A stretch of 64,000 bases of DNA, taken from positions 1,961 to 65,960 of the forward strand of contig JAYZVL010000041.1 in NCBI GenBank assembly GCA_036155675.1, given 5' to 3'. Positions 51,851-62,076 of this stretch are shown here, piece by piece. The position numbers and the translations under genes were made by a program. How positions within the stretch are numbered: the first letter of the stretch is position 1; each line of letters opens with the position of its first letter. Under the pieces are notes generated by a model. It was not told where the DNA came from and did not search any database. It worked only from the letters and a program-made list of their open reading frames with translations. This DNA is from Pseudomonadota bacterium (GTDB lineage Bacteria > Pseudomonadota > Gammaproteobacteria > Steroidobacterales > GCA-2729495).

Positions 51851-51945
51851 TTTTAGTTTTTGGTTGCGAAACCTTGAAACCAGTTTTAATATTCTCGCCC
51901 TTAATCTTTATTAGCTTATTTATAAAAGGCCTTTAATATATAGTC

Positions 51946-53715
51946 ATGCGCTCTCATTATTGTAGTGAAATTGATTCTAATCTCATTGGAGACGTTGTTC
52001 AGGTTGCCGGATGGGTTCATCGTCGTCGAGATCATGGTGGTGTAATTTTTATCGATTTACGTGATCGTAGCGGACTGCTTCAGATTGTTTGTGATCCGGA
52101 TTATCCAGAAATGTTTAATCTTGCTGAACGAGTGCGAGGAGAATATGTACTAACAGTAGAAGGAGCTATTCGTGCGCGTCCCGAAGGTACTGTCAATCCT
52201 AATTTATCAAGTGGAAGTATAGAATTACTTGTAAATGAATTGAAAATCCTCAATGCATCTGCAACACCACCTTTTCATCATGATGAAACCCCTAGTGAAG
52301 ATTTGAGACTCCAATATCGTTATCTTGATTTAAGACGTGAGGAAATGTCTAAAAATCTCTTTCTAAGACACCGGGTCACTAAAAGTATGCGAGATTTTTT
52401 AGATTCGAATGGCTTTATTGATATAGAAACACCCATCCTAACTCGCGCTACGCCTGAAGGCGCTCGCGATTATATTGTTCCAAGTCGAACTCAGCAGGGA
52501 AGTTTTTTTGCTTTACCCCAATCCCCACAATTATTTAAACAATTGTTAATGATGTCCGGCATGGATCGATACTATCAAGTGGCTAGATGTTTTCGTGACG
52601 AAGACTTACGGGCAGATCGTCAACCTGAGTTTACTCAGCTAGATATTGAAATGTCTTTTGTTCAAGAAAAGCAAATCATGCAATTAATGGAAGATCTTAT
52701 CAGAAAAATTTTTAAAGAAGCCATGAGTATTGATTTGCCATCTAAGTTTCCATGTATTAGTTGGGAAGAATCCATGCGGCGTTTTGGTACAGACCGACCA
52801 GATTTACGTTTCCCTTTAGAGCTTGTTGACGTAGCTGATTTAATGGAAGAAGTCGAGTTTAAAATTTTCTCAGGCCCCGCTAAAGATCCTTCTGGACGAG
52901 TAGCAGCATTGAAATTTCCTGGAGGCGCATCCTTTTCTCGCAAAGAGATTGATGAATACACTGAATTTGTTACTCAATTCGGCGCTAAGGGTCTTGCGTA
53001 TGTGAAGGTAACTAATGCTGAGTCTGGTAGAGATGGTTTACAGTCGCCAATTCTTAAGTTTTTGCCAGATGACACAATAAATGCATTAATTACACGTCTT
53101 GATTTGACTGTTGGTGACATTGTTTTTTTTGGAGCTGATAGATTTAAGGTTGTATCTGATGCTTTGGGAGCATTGCGTCAAAAGTTGGCTAAAGATAAAG
53201 GACTGATTAAAGATGATTGGCAGCCTCTATGGGTCGTAGATTTCCCTTTATTTGAATTTGATTCTAAGGAAGACCGATGGAATGCCTTACATCATCCATT
53301 TACTGCTCCCGCAATTGAAGATCCAGATGTTTTACGTTCTGAGCCAGGATCAATAAAATCTCGAGCGTACGATATGGTATTAAATGGTATTGAGATTGGT
53401 GGTGGATCTATAAGAATTCATAACCCAGAAATACAAACAGCTGTTTTTGATATTTTGGGCATTACTTCAGAAGAAGCAGAAAATAAATTCGGTTTTTTAC
53501 TATCGGCTCTTAGTTATGGCTGCCCACCACATGGAGGAATTGCTTTTGGGCTTGATAGATTGATTATGTTGATGGCTGGTGTATCAAGTATCAGGGATGT
53601 TATTGCTTTTCCAAAGACTCAATCTGCTAGCTGTTTACTGACTTCAGCTCCAGGAACTGTAGCAACTCAGCAATTAAAAGAAGTTGGGCTCCGACTGAGA
53701 AATAATCCAACCTGA
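51946..53715 (+). CDS. aspS: aspartate--tRNA ligase
   Basis: [19 protein letters not shown], class II motifs [18 protein letters not shown] and [16 protein letters not shown]. Confidence 0.97.
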   Translation: MRSHYCSEIDSNLIGDVVQVAGWVHRRRDHGGVIFIDLRDRSGLLQIVCDPDYPEMFNLAERVRGEYVLTVEGAIRARPEGTVNPNLSSGSIELLVNELKILNASATPPFHHDETPSEDLRLQYRYLDLRREEMSKNLFLRHRVTKSMRDFLDSNGFIDIETPILTRATPEGARDYIVPSRTQQGSFFALPQSPQLFKQLLMMSGMDRYYQVARCFRDEDLRADRQPEFTQLDIEMSFVQEKQIMQLMEDLIRKIFKEAMSIDLPSKFPCISWEESMRRFGTDRPDLRFPLELVDVADLMEEVEFKIFSGPAKDPSGRVAALKFPGGASFSRKEIDEYTEFVTQFGAKGLAYVKVTNAESGRDGLQSPILKFLPDDTINALITRLDLTVGDIVFFGADRFKVVSDALGALRQKLAKDKGLIKDDWQPLWVVDFPLFEFDSKEDRWNALHHPFTAPAIEDPDVLRSEPGSIKSRAYDMVLNGIEIGGGSIRIHNPEIQTAVFDILGITSEEAENKFGFLLSALSYGCPPHGGIAFGLDRLIMLMAGVSSIRDVIAFPKTQSASCLLTSAPGTVATQQLKEVGLRLRNNPT

Positions 53716-53797
53716 TGCTAATTATTAAGTCTATTTTCTGAAGTTTTTCTAAATTTTTTCTATCGCTTCTGCTTTTTTCGCTGTTAGTCTTAGGGAA

Positions 53798-54883
53798 ATG
53801 AATATAGTACATGTGGAAACCGGTAAGAAATTGTATGGCGGCCCTCGTCAAGTTCTTTTATTAATTGATGGTTTAGCAAAAAAAGGCATAAAAAATACTT
53901 TAGTTTGCGACCCTAATAGTGCAATAGCTTCTGTAGCAAATTCAGCTAGTACAAAGATCCACTGTATACCAATGTTAGGTGATTTAGATATCAGATTTGG
54001 CCAAAGACTGTTAAGCCAATTAATGAATATTAAACCCGCCCTTGTGCATATTCACAGTCGACGAGGCGCTGATTTTTGGGGTGTTTCAGCTGCTCGACGC
54101 GCAAAAATTCCATCTATATTAACTCGTCGTGTAGATAATCCAGAGCTACCCTTTTTTGGTCGAATTAAATACAGTATGTACAATAGAGTGGTTGCTATTT
54201 CTCATCAGATTGAGAAGCAATTATATTTGGATGGCGCTCCAAAAGATACTATCAAAGTTATTTATAGCGCAATTGACTCTAAAAATTGTATTCCTGTTTG
54301 GTCTCGCGAGCAATTTTTAAAGCACTTTGATTTATCATCTCAAAACCTTGTCGTTTTATGCGCGGCACAACTTATAAAAAGAAAAGGACATAGCAATTTA
54401 TTAAATGCTTGGACTCAAGTTTCATTAGCTTGTCCGGATGCGCGCTTATTGATTTTTGGTCAAGGAAATCAAGAAACTCACCTTAAAAAACTTGTTTATG
54501 ATTATGGATTAAATACATCGGTTCAGTTTCAAGGCTTCCGAAAAGATTTACGTGATTTTTTGGGCTGTGCAGATATTTTAGTGCACCCCGCCCTAAATGA
54601 GGGTTTAGGGATTATTTTACTGGAGGCTCAAGCCGCTGAAGTTCCGATTATTGCAGCTGATGCTGGCGGTATTAATGAGGCTGTTGAGGCCGATCAGACT
54701 GCTTTACTTACATTGCCAAATGATCCATTGGACTTAGCTAGTAAATTAATTATTTTGCTAAAAAATGAGTCACTTAGAAAGAGTTTGGGAGTTAAAGGCC
54801 CTCAAATTGTTCAAGAAAAATTTTCTACAGAAAAGATGGTTAATGCATATATACAAGTTTATAAAGAGGTTTTATTGGATTAA
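53798..54883 (+). CDS. glycosyltransferase family 4 (GT-B fold)
   Basis: 361 aa with an E-x7-E type region (NEGLGIILLEAQAAEVPIIAADAGGINEAV). Acceptor unknown. Confidence 0.75.
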   Translation: MNIVHVETGKKLYGGPRQVLLLIDGLAKKGIKNTLVCDPNSAIASVANSASTKIHCIPMLGDLDIRFGQRLLSQLMNIKPALVHIHSRRGADFWGVSAARRAKIPSILTRRVDNPELPFFGRIKYSMYNRVVAISHQIEKQLYLDGAPKDTIKVIYSAIDSKNCIPVWSREQFLKHFDLSSQNLVVLCAAQLIKRKGHSNLLNAWTQVSLACPDARLLIFGQGNQETHLKKLVYDYGLNTSVQFQGFRKDLRDFLGCADILVHPALNEGLGIILLEAQAAEVPIIAADAGGINEAVEADQTALLTLPNDPLDLASKLIILLKNESLRKSLGVKGPQIVQEKFSTEKMVNAYIQVYKEVLLD

Positions 54884-54921
54884 TTTCCTATACTGAATTT
54901 TTTTCAAAGCGATTATGATCT

Positions 54922-55416
54922 GTGAGTGATAATTTAATATATGCGAAACGAATAGCGTTTGAATTAACTCAACGAGGAGCGCTTTTAACCACGGCTGAAT
55001 CTTGTACTGGCGGTTGGATTGCGAAAGTTCTGACCGATCTGCCAGGAAGCTCAAATTGGTTTGAGTACGGATTTGTGAGTTATGGAAATAATGCTAAACA
55101 TTCACTTCTTAATGTATCGAGAGAAACTCTTGAGCTAGAAGGGGCTGTTAGTCGAGCGACTGTTAAGGCAATGATTTTGAATGCATTGAATATTTCAGCT
55201 GCGGATTATGGAATTGCAGTTTCAGGAATTGCTGGTCCTGCAGGGGGTAAAAAAGATAAACCTGTGGGCACTGTTTGGTTAGCTTGGGGAGGGCCATCTC
55301 GAGATCTTGATTGTGAATGTTTCTATTTTGTTGGTGATCGTAATCAGATTCGTTATCAAGCTGTGAGCGCAGCTTTGAAGGGCCTGCTCGATCGAATCGA
55401 GAACAATGAGATTTAG
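54922..55416 (+). CDS. pncC: nicotinamide-nucleotide amidohydrolase PncC / CinA C-terminal domain protein
   Basis: LTTAESCTGGWIAKVLTDLPGSS, SYGNNAK, IAVSGIAGPAGG. Immediately upstream of recA. GTG start. Confidence 0.8.
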   Translation: MSDNLIYAKRIAFELTQRGALLTTAESCTGGWIAKVLTDLPGSSNWFEYGFVSYGNNAKHSLLNVSRETLELEGAVSRATVKAMILNALNISAADYGIAVSGIAGPAGGKKDKPVGTVWLAWGGPSRDLDCECFYFVGDRNQIRYQAVSAALKGLLDRIENNEI

Positions 55417-55630
55417 GCCTTGTTAATTTGCTAGAAGTTAGTTCTGCATGCATTTGAGGTGACAGCAAAAGCTCTAAAATTCATTTACAGATTTCTTGAA
55501 AAGCTATTTACCAGCAACATTCAAGGCTGCTATGAATCATAATCTATGAAATAATCAGAGAAATTTTACTGTTTGAATTTTTGGGTAATTCGAACAAATT
55601 CTTTTCAAAATATGCGGGTTGTGTATCAAT

Positions 55631-56680
55631 ATGGACGATAATAGAAAAAAGGCTCTGGCCGCTGCATTAGGCCAAATAGAAAAACAATTTGGTAAAGGTT
55701 CAGTAATGCGTTTTGGCGATGCTGGGCCGGCGCGTGATATTGAAGTGATCTCTACTGGATCTTTAGGATTAGATATAGCTTTAGGCGTGGGTGGTATTCC
55801 AAAAGGGCGAGTTATCGAGATCTATGGCCCTGAATCTTCTGGTAAAACGACTATGACGCTTCAGGTTGTGGCCGAATGTCAACGTCAAGGGGGCACAGCC
55901 GCTTTTGTTGATGCTGAGCATGCGCTTGATCCTATTTATGCAGAGAAAGTTGGCGTTAACCTTGATGATTTATTGATATCGCAGCCAGATACAGGTGAGC
56001 AGGCCCTAGAAATTTGTGACATGCTCGTTCGATCAGGTGCCGTTGATCTAGTGGTTATAGACTCAGTTGCTGCGCTTACTCCTAAGGCAGAAATTGAAGG
56101 AGAGATGGGAGATACTCATGTTGGTTTACAAGCTCGATTGATGTCCCAAGCTTTGCGTAAATTAACAGCAAATATTCAACGATCTAAATGCACGGTTTTT
56201 TTCATAAATCAGATTCGTATGAAGATTGGTGTAATGTTCGGTAGCCCAGAAACAACAAGTGGTGGTAATGCATTAAAATTTTATTCATCAGTACGTCTTG
56301 ATATACGCCGAATAGGTGCGATTAAGAAAGGAGACGAGGTTGTAGGCAATCAGACTCGCGTCAAGGTTGTTAAGAATAAAGTTTCTCCGCCATTTAAGAT
56401 TGCTGAATTTGAGATTCTTTATGGCCATGGTGTTTCGCGTGAGGGGGAATTGATTGATTTGGGTGTTTCTAATAATTTAGTTGAAAAATCTGGATCTTGG
56501 TATAGTTATAATGGTCAGAGGGTGGGACAAGGCAAAGAAAACGTCAGACAATTTTTTTTAGATAACCCAGTTGATGCTAGCGATCTTGATCAAAAATTAC
56601 GTGAACTTTTGATGCCTAAAACTTCGGATTTATCAGTCTCCGATAATGATAATTCAGAGGAAGTTTTGGACGAATCTTAA
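55631..56680 (+). CDS. recA: recombinase RecA
   Basis: [19 protein letters not shown], Walker [51 protein letters not shown] at 55631. Confidence 0.97.
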   Translation: MDDNRKKALAAALGQIEKQFGKGSVMRFGDAGPARDIEVISTGSLGLDIALGVGGIPKGRVIEIYGPESSGKTTMTLQVVAECQRQGGTAAFVDAEHALDPIYAEKVGVNLDDLLISQPDTGEQALEICDMLVRSGAVDLVVIDSVAALTPKAEIEGEMGDTHVGLQARLMSQALRKLTANIQRSKCTVFFINQIRMKIGVMFGSPETTSGGNALKFYSSVRLDIRRIGAIKKGDEVVGNQTRVKVVKNKVSPPFKIAEFEILYGHGVSREGELIDLGVSNNLVEKSGSWYSYNGQRVGQGKENVRQFFLDNPVDASDLDQKLRELLMPKTSDLSVSDNDNSEEVLDES

Positions 56681-56681
56681 A

Positions 56682-57158
56682 GTGTCCAATCATCAAAATA
56701 CTAATATTTCTCTTTATGCGATCGCAATGAAACTAATGGCTCGACGCGAGCGTTCTGAAACAGAATTGCGCCAAAAACTAATTGCACGAGATTTTGATTC
56801 TTGCAAAATTGATAAGGTTATTGATGATTTGTTGTCGAGAAACTTGTTGAGCGATAAACGTTTTGCAGAGGCTTATACAAAGTCTCGCAGTCGCAAAGGA
56901 TATGGCCCAGTTAGAATAAAAAACGAATTGAATCAACGTGGTGTGAATGATGACATTGTCCAGATATGCCTTGCTAATGAGGCCGACCAGTGGGAAAGTC
57001 GTGCTTTCTCAGCAAGGCGAAAAAAATTTGGTATTAATTTGCCTTCAGAATTTAAAGAGAAAGCTCGTCAAATGAGATTTCTCGAGTATCGAGGTTTTAC
57101 GACCAATCAGATTAATTCGGCTTTTGATTTCGGCTTGAGCGATCTAGAGCAAAACTGA
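56682..57158 (+). CDS. recX: RecA regulator RecX
   Basis: Three-helix repeat pattern (ARRERSETELRQKL, FAEAYTKSRSRKGYGPVRIKNEL). Follows recA. Start uncertain: GTG 56682 just after the recA stop, or ATG 56646 overlapping recA. Confidence 0.8.
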   Translation: MSNHQNTNISLYAIAMKLMARRERSETELRQKLIARDFDSCKIDKVIDDLLSRNLLSDKRFAEAYTKSRSRKGYGPVRIKNELNQRGVNDDIVQICLANEADQWESRAFSARRKKFGINLPSEFKEKARQMRFLEYRGFTTNQINSAFDFGLSDLEQN

Positions 57159-57162
57159 ATTT

Positions 57163-59757
57163 ATGAAAACAACACAGTTGCGCAAGTTATTTCTTGATTA
57201 TTTCTCTAATCTAGATCATGAGCTAGTCCCTAGCTCAAGCTTAATTCCAGGCAACGATCCAACATTGCTGTTTACTAATGCTGGGATGGTTCAGTTTAAG
57301 GATATTTTCTTGGGAAAAGAACTGCGCGATTATTCCCGCGCCACAAGTTCACAACGTTGTGTGCGGGCTGGTGGCAAGCATAATGATTTGGATAATGTTG
57401 GCTACACTGCTCGGCATCACACTTTTTTTGAAATGCTTGGTAATTTCAGTTTTGGTGATTATTTTAAAGATGATGCAATAAAATTTGCTTGGGAATTTTT
57501 GACTATTGAGCTTAATTTACCGCCAGATAAACTTTGGATCACTGTTCATGAAGATGATGATGAGGCTTCTAATATCTGGCTAAATACTTTGGGAGTGGAT
57601 CCTGAAAGGTTTAGTAGACTTGGAGAAAGAGATAATTTTTGGTCTATGGGTGATTGTGGGCCATGCGGCCCCTGCAGCGAAATTTTTTATGACCATGGCA
57701 GCGATTTATCTGGTGGACCTCCAGGGTCATCTGATGAAGGTGATCGTTTTGTAGAGATTTGGAATTTGGTTTTTATGCAATATGATCGACAATCTGATGG
57801 TCAGCTTCTAGAGCTTCCAAAACCATCAGTTGATACCGGAATGGGTTTAGAGCGAATGGCTGCAGTCTTGCAGGGCGTGAAAAGCAATTACGAAATAGAT
57901 TTATTTAAAGCGTTAATTAAGGCTGCAGCAGAAGTCACCTCTACATCTGATTTAAATCATAGTTCTCTTAAAGTTATTTCAGATCACATTCGTTCGGCAG
58001 CATTTTTAATTCTCGATGGAGTGATGCCAGGTAGAGATGGCAGGAGTTATGTTTTGCGACGGATTATTCGTCGTGCTTTGCGACATGGCCATGAACTTGG
58101 AGTCAAAGGCGACTTTTTCTATAAGCTAGTTATTCCTTTAGTAGATCAAATGTCCGAAGCTTATCCTGCTCTTGCGAAAGAACAGAAAAATATTCAGAAA
58201 GTCATTCTTCAAGAAGAGCAACGATTTTCAGAAACATTAAGTCAAGGTATGAAAATACTTGATAAGAAGCTGCAATCTATTGATGGGGGTATTCTGCCTG
58301 GAGAGATAGCTTTCACATTATATGACACTTATGGGTTTCCAGTTGATTTAACTGAAGATATTCTTCGTGCTCGGAATTTGGATTTGGATAAGGAGGGCTT
58401 CTTAATGGCTATGAATCAGCAACGAACCCGTGCCCGTTCCGCATCAAAATTTTCTTTGAAGTCCGCTAGGGATAATATTAATTTTGTTACTGAATTTTGC
58501 GGGCACGATAAATTAAAAAAAACAGCAATTGTTTCGGCTATTTTTAAAGATGGCATTGCGGTTGAGTCTTTAGTTAAAGCTGAAACAGCCGAAATTATTC
58601 TGGATGTAACCCCCTTTTATGCTGAAGGCGGAGGTCAATTAGGGGATAAAGGTTTCATAAGTTCAAAAACAGCAAAATTTGCTGTGATTGATACAAAGCC
58701 TATAAATTCCGCTCACTTGCATTTTGGCACACTTAAATCTGGAACAATGATGGTTGGAGATAAAGTGACTGCTGAGGTTGATTTTTTCAATAGAACAGCC
58801 ATAACTCTTAATCACACCGCTACTCATATACTTCATGCAACGTTACGAAATATTCTTGGCAAGCATGTTGAACAGAAAGGCTCTTTGGTTGCGGCCGATC
58901 GTTTGCGTTTTGATTTTTCACATTTAGAACCCATAACCCCTGAACAATTATTAGAAATTGAAAAGCATGTGAATAATCAAATTCGTTCGAATGCTTTAGT
59001 TAGAACAGAGCTTATGAATTATGAAGATGCTCTTAATTCTGGAGCTTTGGCTCTGTTTGGAGAGAAGTATGGCGACAATGTTCGCGTTTTGAAAGTCGGG
59101 GACTACTCTATTGAGTTATGTGGGGGAACTCATGTTCGACGTGCTGGAGATATTGGATTATTTAAGATTACTTCTGAATCTGGAATTGCCTCAGGTGTTA
59201 GGAGAATAGAAGCATTAACAGGCGAAGCCGCATTAATATTCGTTAATACCGAAGCTGCATTGTTGGGTCGAATTACTCAAATATTACGTACTGATTCCCC
59301 TAATTTAGAGAAGAAAATTCATCAAATCCAGAAAAAAAATCGGGAGTATGAAAAGGAAATTAAGGCATCACGACAGCATGATCTTGTTGACGTAAATCAC
59401 AAGATGGCTAGTAATTTTGTTGCAGTAGGGGATATAAAAGTGTTGGCTGCCCGACTTCAAGATAATACTGAAATGGAAGAGCTACGCCTTGGTGTTGATC
59501 GACTTAAAGATCAATTTCCTAGAGCTGTCGTTTTATTAGGTTGTGCTTCAGACGATGGAAAGGTCTATTTGGCAGCTGGAGTTACTAAGAATATAACCTC
59601 AGAAATTAAAGCGGGGGATTTAATTCGAGATATTTCTGCTCATGTTGGCGGCAAAGGAGGAGGCAGACCGGATTTTGCTCAGGCTGGGGGCAGTGATCCT
59701 GCTCTTCTTGATCATGCTTTATCTTTGGTTGTTCCTTGGGTGAGAGATCATCTTTGA
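57163..59757 (+). CDS. alaS: alanine--tRNA ligase
   Basis: FTNAGMVQFKD, SQRCVRAGGKHNDLDNVG, FFEMLGNFSFGDYFK. Editing domain HTATH...CGGTH. C-terminal DHHA1. Confidence 0.97.
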   Translation: MKTTQLRKLFLDYFSNLDHELVPSSSLIPGNDPTLLFTNAGMVQFKDIFLGKELRDYSRATSSQRCVRAGGKHNDLDNVGYTARHHTFFEMLGNFSFGDYFKDDAIKFAWEFLTIELNLPPDKLWITVHEDDDEASNIWLNTLGVDPERFSRLGERDNFWSMGDCGPCGPCSEIFYDHGSDLSGGPPGSSDEGDRFVEIWNLVFMQYDRQSDGQLLELPKPSVDTGMGLERMAAVLQGVKSNYEIDLFKALIKAAAEVTSTSDLNHSSLKVISDHIRSAAFLILDGVMPGRDGRSYVLRRIIRRALRHGHELGVKGDFFYKLVIPLVDQMSEAYPALAKEQKNIQKVILQEEQRFSETLSQGMKILDKKLQSIDGGILPGEIAFTLYDTYGFPVDLTEDILRARNLDLDKEGFLMAMNQQRTRARSASKFSLKSARDNINFVTEFCGHDKLKKTAIVSAIFKDGIAVESLVKAETAEIILDVTPFYAEGGGQLGDKGFISSKTAKFAVIDTKPINSAHLHFGTLKSGTMMVGDKVTAEVDFFNRTAITLNHTATHILHATLRNILGKHVEQKGSLVAADRLRFDFSHLEPITPEQLLEIEKHVNNQIRSNALVRTELMNYEDALNSGALALFGEKYGDNVRVLKVGDYSIELCGGTHVRRAGDIGLFKITSESGIASGVRRIEALTGEAALIFVNTEAALLGRITQILRTDSPNLEKKIHQIQKKNREYEKEIKASRQHDLVDVNHKMASNFVAVGDIKVLAARLQDNTEMEELRLGVDRLKDQFPRAVVLLGCASDDGKVYLAAGVTKNITSEIKAGDLIRDISAHVGGKGGGRPDFAQAGGSDPALLDHALSLVVPWVRDHL

Positions 59758-60000
59758 TTCTATCTATTTAAAAATAAAAAGTTTTTTTCAGGCGCTATCA
59801 TTTTAGTATGTTTTTTGGTTGATGCCTGATTGACTCAGCATTGGACCTGAACCTGGTTATATGCGATGGTTAACATCTAGGCCACGTAAACCAATAAATT
59901 TTAACAAAAATTAGCGTGAATCCTGAAGTGGTAAATCTAGTTTTTATGGCCAGATCTCCAGCGAAAGATTCCTCTATAAACTATAAGTCACGTGGCACAG

Positions 60001-60048
60001 CAAGGATGGCAAAATCAAGTAATAAAAAGGATAAGGGGCTTAGGAATG
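60001..60048 (+). promoter_or_regulatory. GGA-motif cluster in the csrA leader (possible CsrA autoregulatory sites)
   Basis: AAGGAUGG (GGA 60004-60006), AAGGAUAAGG (60029-60031) and UAGGAAUG (60043-60045, overlapping the SD and abutting the ATG at 60046). Confidence 0.3.
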
Positions 60049-60294
60049 CTAATCTTAACCAGACGCGTTGGCGAATCCGTAATTGTTGGAAATGATATTG
60101 ATGTAACTGTTTTGGGTATAAAAGGGAACCAAGTCCGAATAGGGATAAAAGCTCCACGTGAAGTTAGTGTGCATCGAAAAGAAATCTACCAACGTATTAG
60201 TGAAGAAAAAATCGAAAGCTATAACAATGTCAGTAATCCAAGTTTGAGTGGCCATGATTCTCAGAGCGACCCTCAGATTACTCTTAATGATTAG
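60046..60294 (+). CDS. csrA: carbon storage regulator CsrA (82 aa, extended C-terminal tail)
   Basis: [51 protein letters not shown] is near-identical to E. coli CsrA. The track start 59992 is an upstream extension. Confidence 0.95.
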   Translation: MLILTRRVGESVIVGNDIDVTVLGIKGNQVRIGIKAPREVSVHRKEIYQRISEEKIESYNNVSNPSLSGHDSQSDPQITLND

Positions 60295-60429
60295 AGCATC
60301 CTTTTTCTTATACAGGCGTACCTAGTTTTAATTTGCAGGTGTTTTTGTATTTTTTTTATTAACCTCACTCTCGTTATAAGCGGGCAAAATTTTTTTATGC
60401 TAATTATTTATAAAGCATATTAATTTTTC

Positions 60430-60520
60430 GGAGAAGTGGCTGAGTGGTCGAAAGCGCTCCCCTGCTAAGGGAGTAAGGGTCAAAAGCCCTTCGAGGGTTC
60501 GAATCCCTCCTTCTCCGCCA
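60430..60520 (+). tRNA. serV: tRNA-Ser (anticodon GCU), encoded CCA
   Basis: Acceptor GGAGAAG/CTTCTCC. Anticodon stem-loop CTCCC-CTGCTAA-GGGAG. Long variable arm. T-arm GAGGGTTCGAATCCCTC. Same position after csrA as E. coli serV. Confidence 0.95.
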
Positions 60521-60546
60521 GTTTGCTGGAAAACTAAGGGAAAATC

Positions 60547-61215
60547 ATGAAACTTTATGGCGCTATTGCATCCCCATATGTAACTCGAGTGGTAATGTTT
60601 GCTCGAATAAAAAATATAAAACTTGAGTTGGTCGAAGCCCCTAGTGGCCCGCGCTCTGAAGAATATCGATCAATTAATCCAATTGGTAAAATTCCAAGTT
60701 TGGTCGTCGACGGTAATACCATTGCTGAATCAGAAGTGATCTGTGAATATCTTGAAGATATGTATCCTACACCATCAGGTTTACCAAAGAGCCAAATAGA
60801 TCGAGCTTCATCAAGGATGATCTCACGTATTACTGATCTTTATATTGCTCCTAATGTATCGAATATGGTTAGACAAGTTAATCCAGATTCTCGTGATTCA
60901 GCTGTTATTGATGAAAGTAAACAAGCTTTTGAAAAAGCTTTTGGTTACCTTGAGCATTTTATGGGCACCGGTCCATTTTCGGTTAATGAGACACCATCAC
61001 TTGGTGATTGTGCAGCCGGACCTTACATGATGCTCTTAAAAAAAATAGTATTTCAGAATTTTGAAGAGATTAAAGACCCTACTTTAAACAATGAACGTCT
61101 TTCAGATTGGTGGCAGGCCTTGCTGGGCAATGAAATTTGTGCTCAGACGCTAGACGAATATGCAGTTGCCGTTGATGGTTTTCTTAGCTTTCTTTTAAAA
61201 CGCGCAAACCCTTAG
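60547..61215 (+). CDS. glutathione S-transferase family protein
   Basis: Thioredoxin-like N-domain (MKLYGAIASPYVTRV, IGKIPSLVVDGNTIAESEVICEYL) and a helical C-domain. 222 aa. Confidence 0.8.
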   Translation: MKLYGAIASPYVTRVVMFARIKNIKLELVEAPSGPRSEEYRSINPIGKIPSLVVDGNTIAESEVICEYLEDMYPTPSGLPKSQIDRASSRMISRITDLYIAPNVSNMVRQVNPDSRDSAVIDESKQAFEKAFGYLEHFMGTGPFSVNETPSLGDCAAGPYMMLLKKIVFQNFEEIKDPTLNNERLSDWWQALLGNEICAQTLDEYAVAVDGFLSFLLKRANP

Positions 61216-61277
61216 GATATAGACTTGTATATTTTTGTATTTTACCATAAGGCAATAATTTATAAGGATAATTAACT

Positions 61278-62051
61278 ATGCGAGTAATTAAGAATATTTT
61301 CTTAGCAATTGTAGGATTGATCGTAATTCTTATTGCCCTAGTGATCACATCTTTTAGACCAAATTTTCCGAGCAATACAGTTGAATTGATACCAACAACA
61401 TCGGCAGAAGGGATGAATGTATTGGTTTTTGGGGGCACTCGTAATACTGGGCTCGAACTAACCAAGCTATTAACTGCTCGTGGCGATCGAGTAACTGCTT
61501 TTGTAAGACCGACTTCCGATAGAAGTCAGCTTCAAAAATTGGATGTTAAGTTTGCAGTAGGCGATGCTATGAAACTAGATACTATAGTTGATGCGTTCTC
61601 TGAAAATAATTTCGATGCAGTAGTCTCAACGATTGGAAATATTCGAGGAAATCCACCACCTGATTTTCAGGGCAACGCAAATATATTTGATGCTGCTGTT
61701 AAATCTGGAGTCAAGCGTGTTGTCATGATAAGTACTATTGGAGCCGGAAATAGTTCAGCATCATGGCTTTCAAAAATAATTCTAAGTGATGTTCTGCCAC
61801 TAAAAACTCAAGCAGAAGAATATCTACGTGAAACTGGCCTTGATTTTACAATTATACGACCAGGTGGATTACCCCCAGATGAAGGTACCGGTGGCGGGGT
61901 TTTAACTGAGGACCCTGAGACGTTTGGTTTTATTGCTAGGGCAGACTTAGCACGTTTAATTGTAGGCGTTTTAGATGACAATAAGACTATCGGTAAAACA
62001 TATTCTGCTATCGATCTTGCCCGAAGTTCTCCATGGGATCGCGACAATTAG
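61278..62051 (+). CDS. NAD(P)H-binding (atypical SDR / NmrA-like) protein with N-terminal TM helix
   Basis: TM helix IFLAIVGLIVILIALVI, then the Rossmann motif VLVFGGTRNTGLEL. RPGGL occurs near the C-terminus. Confidence 0.7.
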   Translation: MRVIKNIFLAIVGLIVILIALVITSFRPNFPSNTVELIPTTSAEGMNVLVFGGTRNTGLELTKLLTARGDRVTAFVRPTSDRSQLQKLDVKFAVGDAMKLDTIVDAFSENNFDAVVSTIGNIRGNPPPDFQGNANIFDAAVKSGVKRVVMISTIGAGNSSASWLSKIILSDVLPLKTQAEEYLRETGLDFTIIRPGGLPPDEGTGGGVLTEDPETFGFIARADLARLIVGVLDDNKTIGKTYSAIDLARSSPWDRDN

Positions 62052-62076
62052 AATAAATTCCTTAGGAAAATCAGTT

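Noticed and set aside
55567-55590. Possible LexA/SOS box upstream of recA (TACTGTTTGAATTTTTGGGTA)
   Set aside because: Only the CTGT half-site is present. The partner 8 nt away reads TTGG, not ACAG. I also saw no Cheo-box or GTTC-N7-GTTC type site. I cannot claim an SOS operator or its absence without knowing this lineage's LexA motif.
59993-60010. TGGCAC (sigma54 -24-like) upstream of csrA
   Set aside because: No TTGC -12 element occurs at the required spacing; GGAT follows instead.
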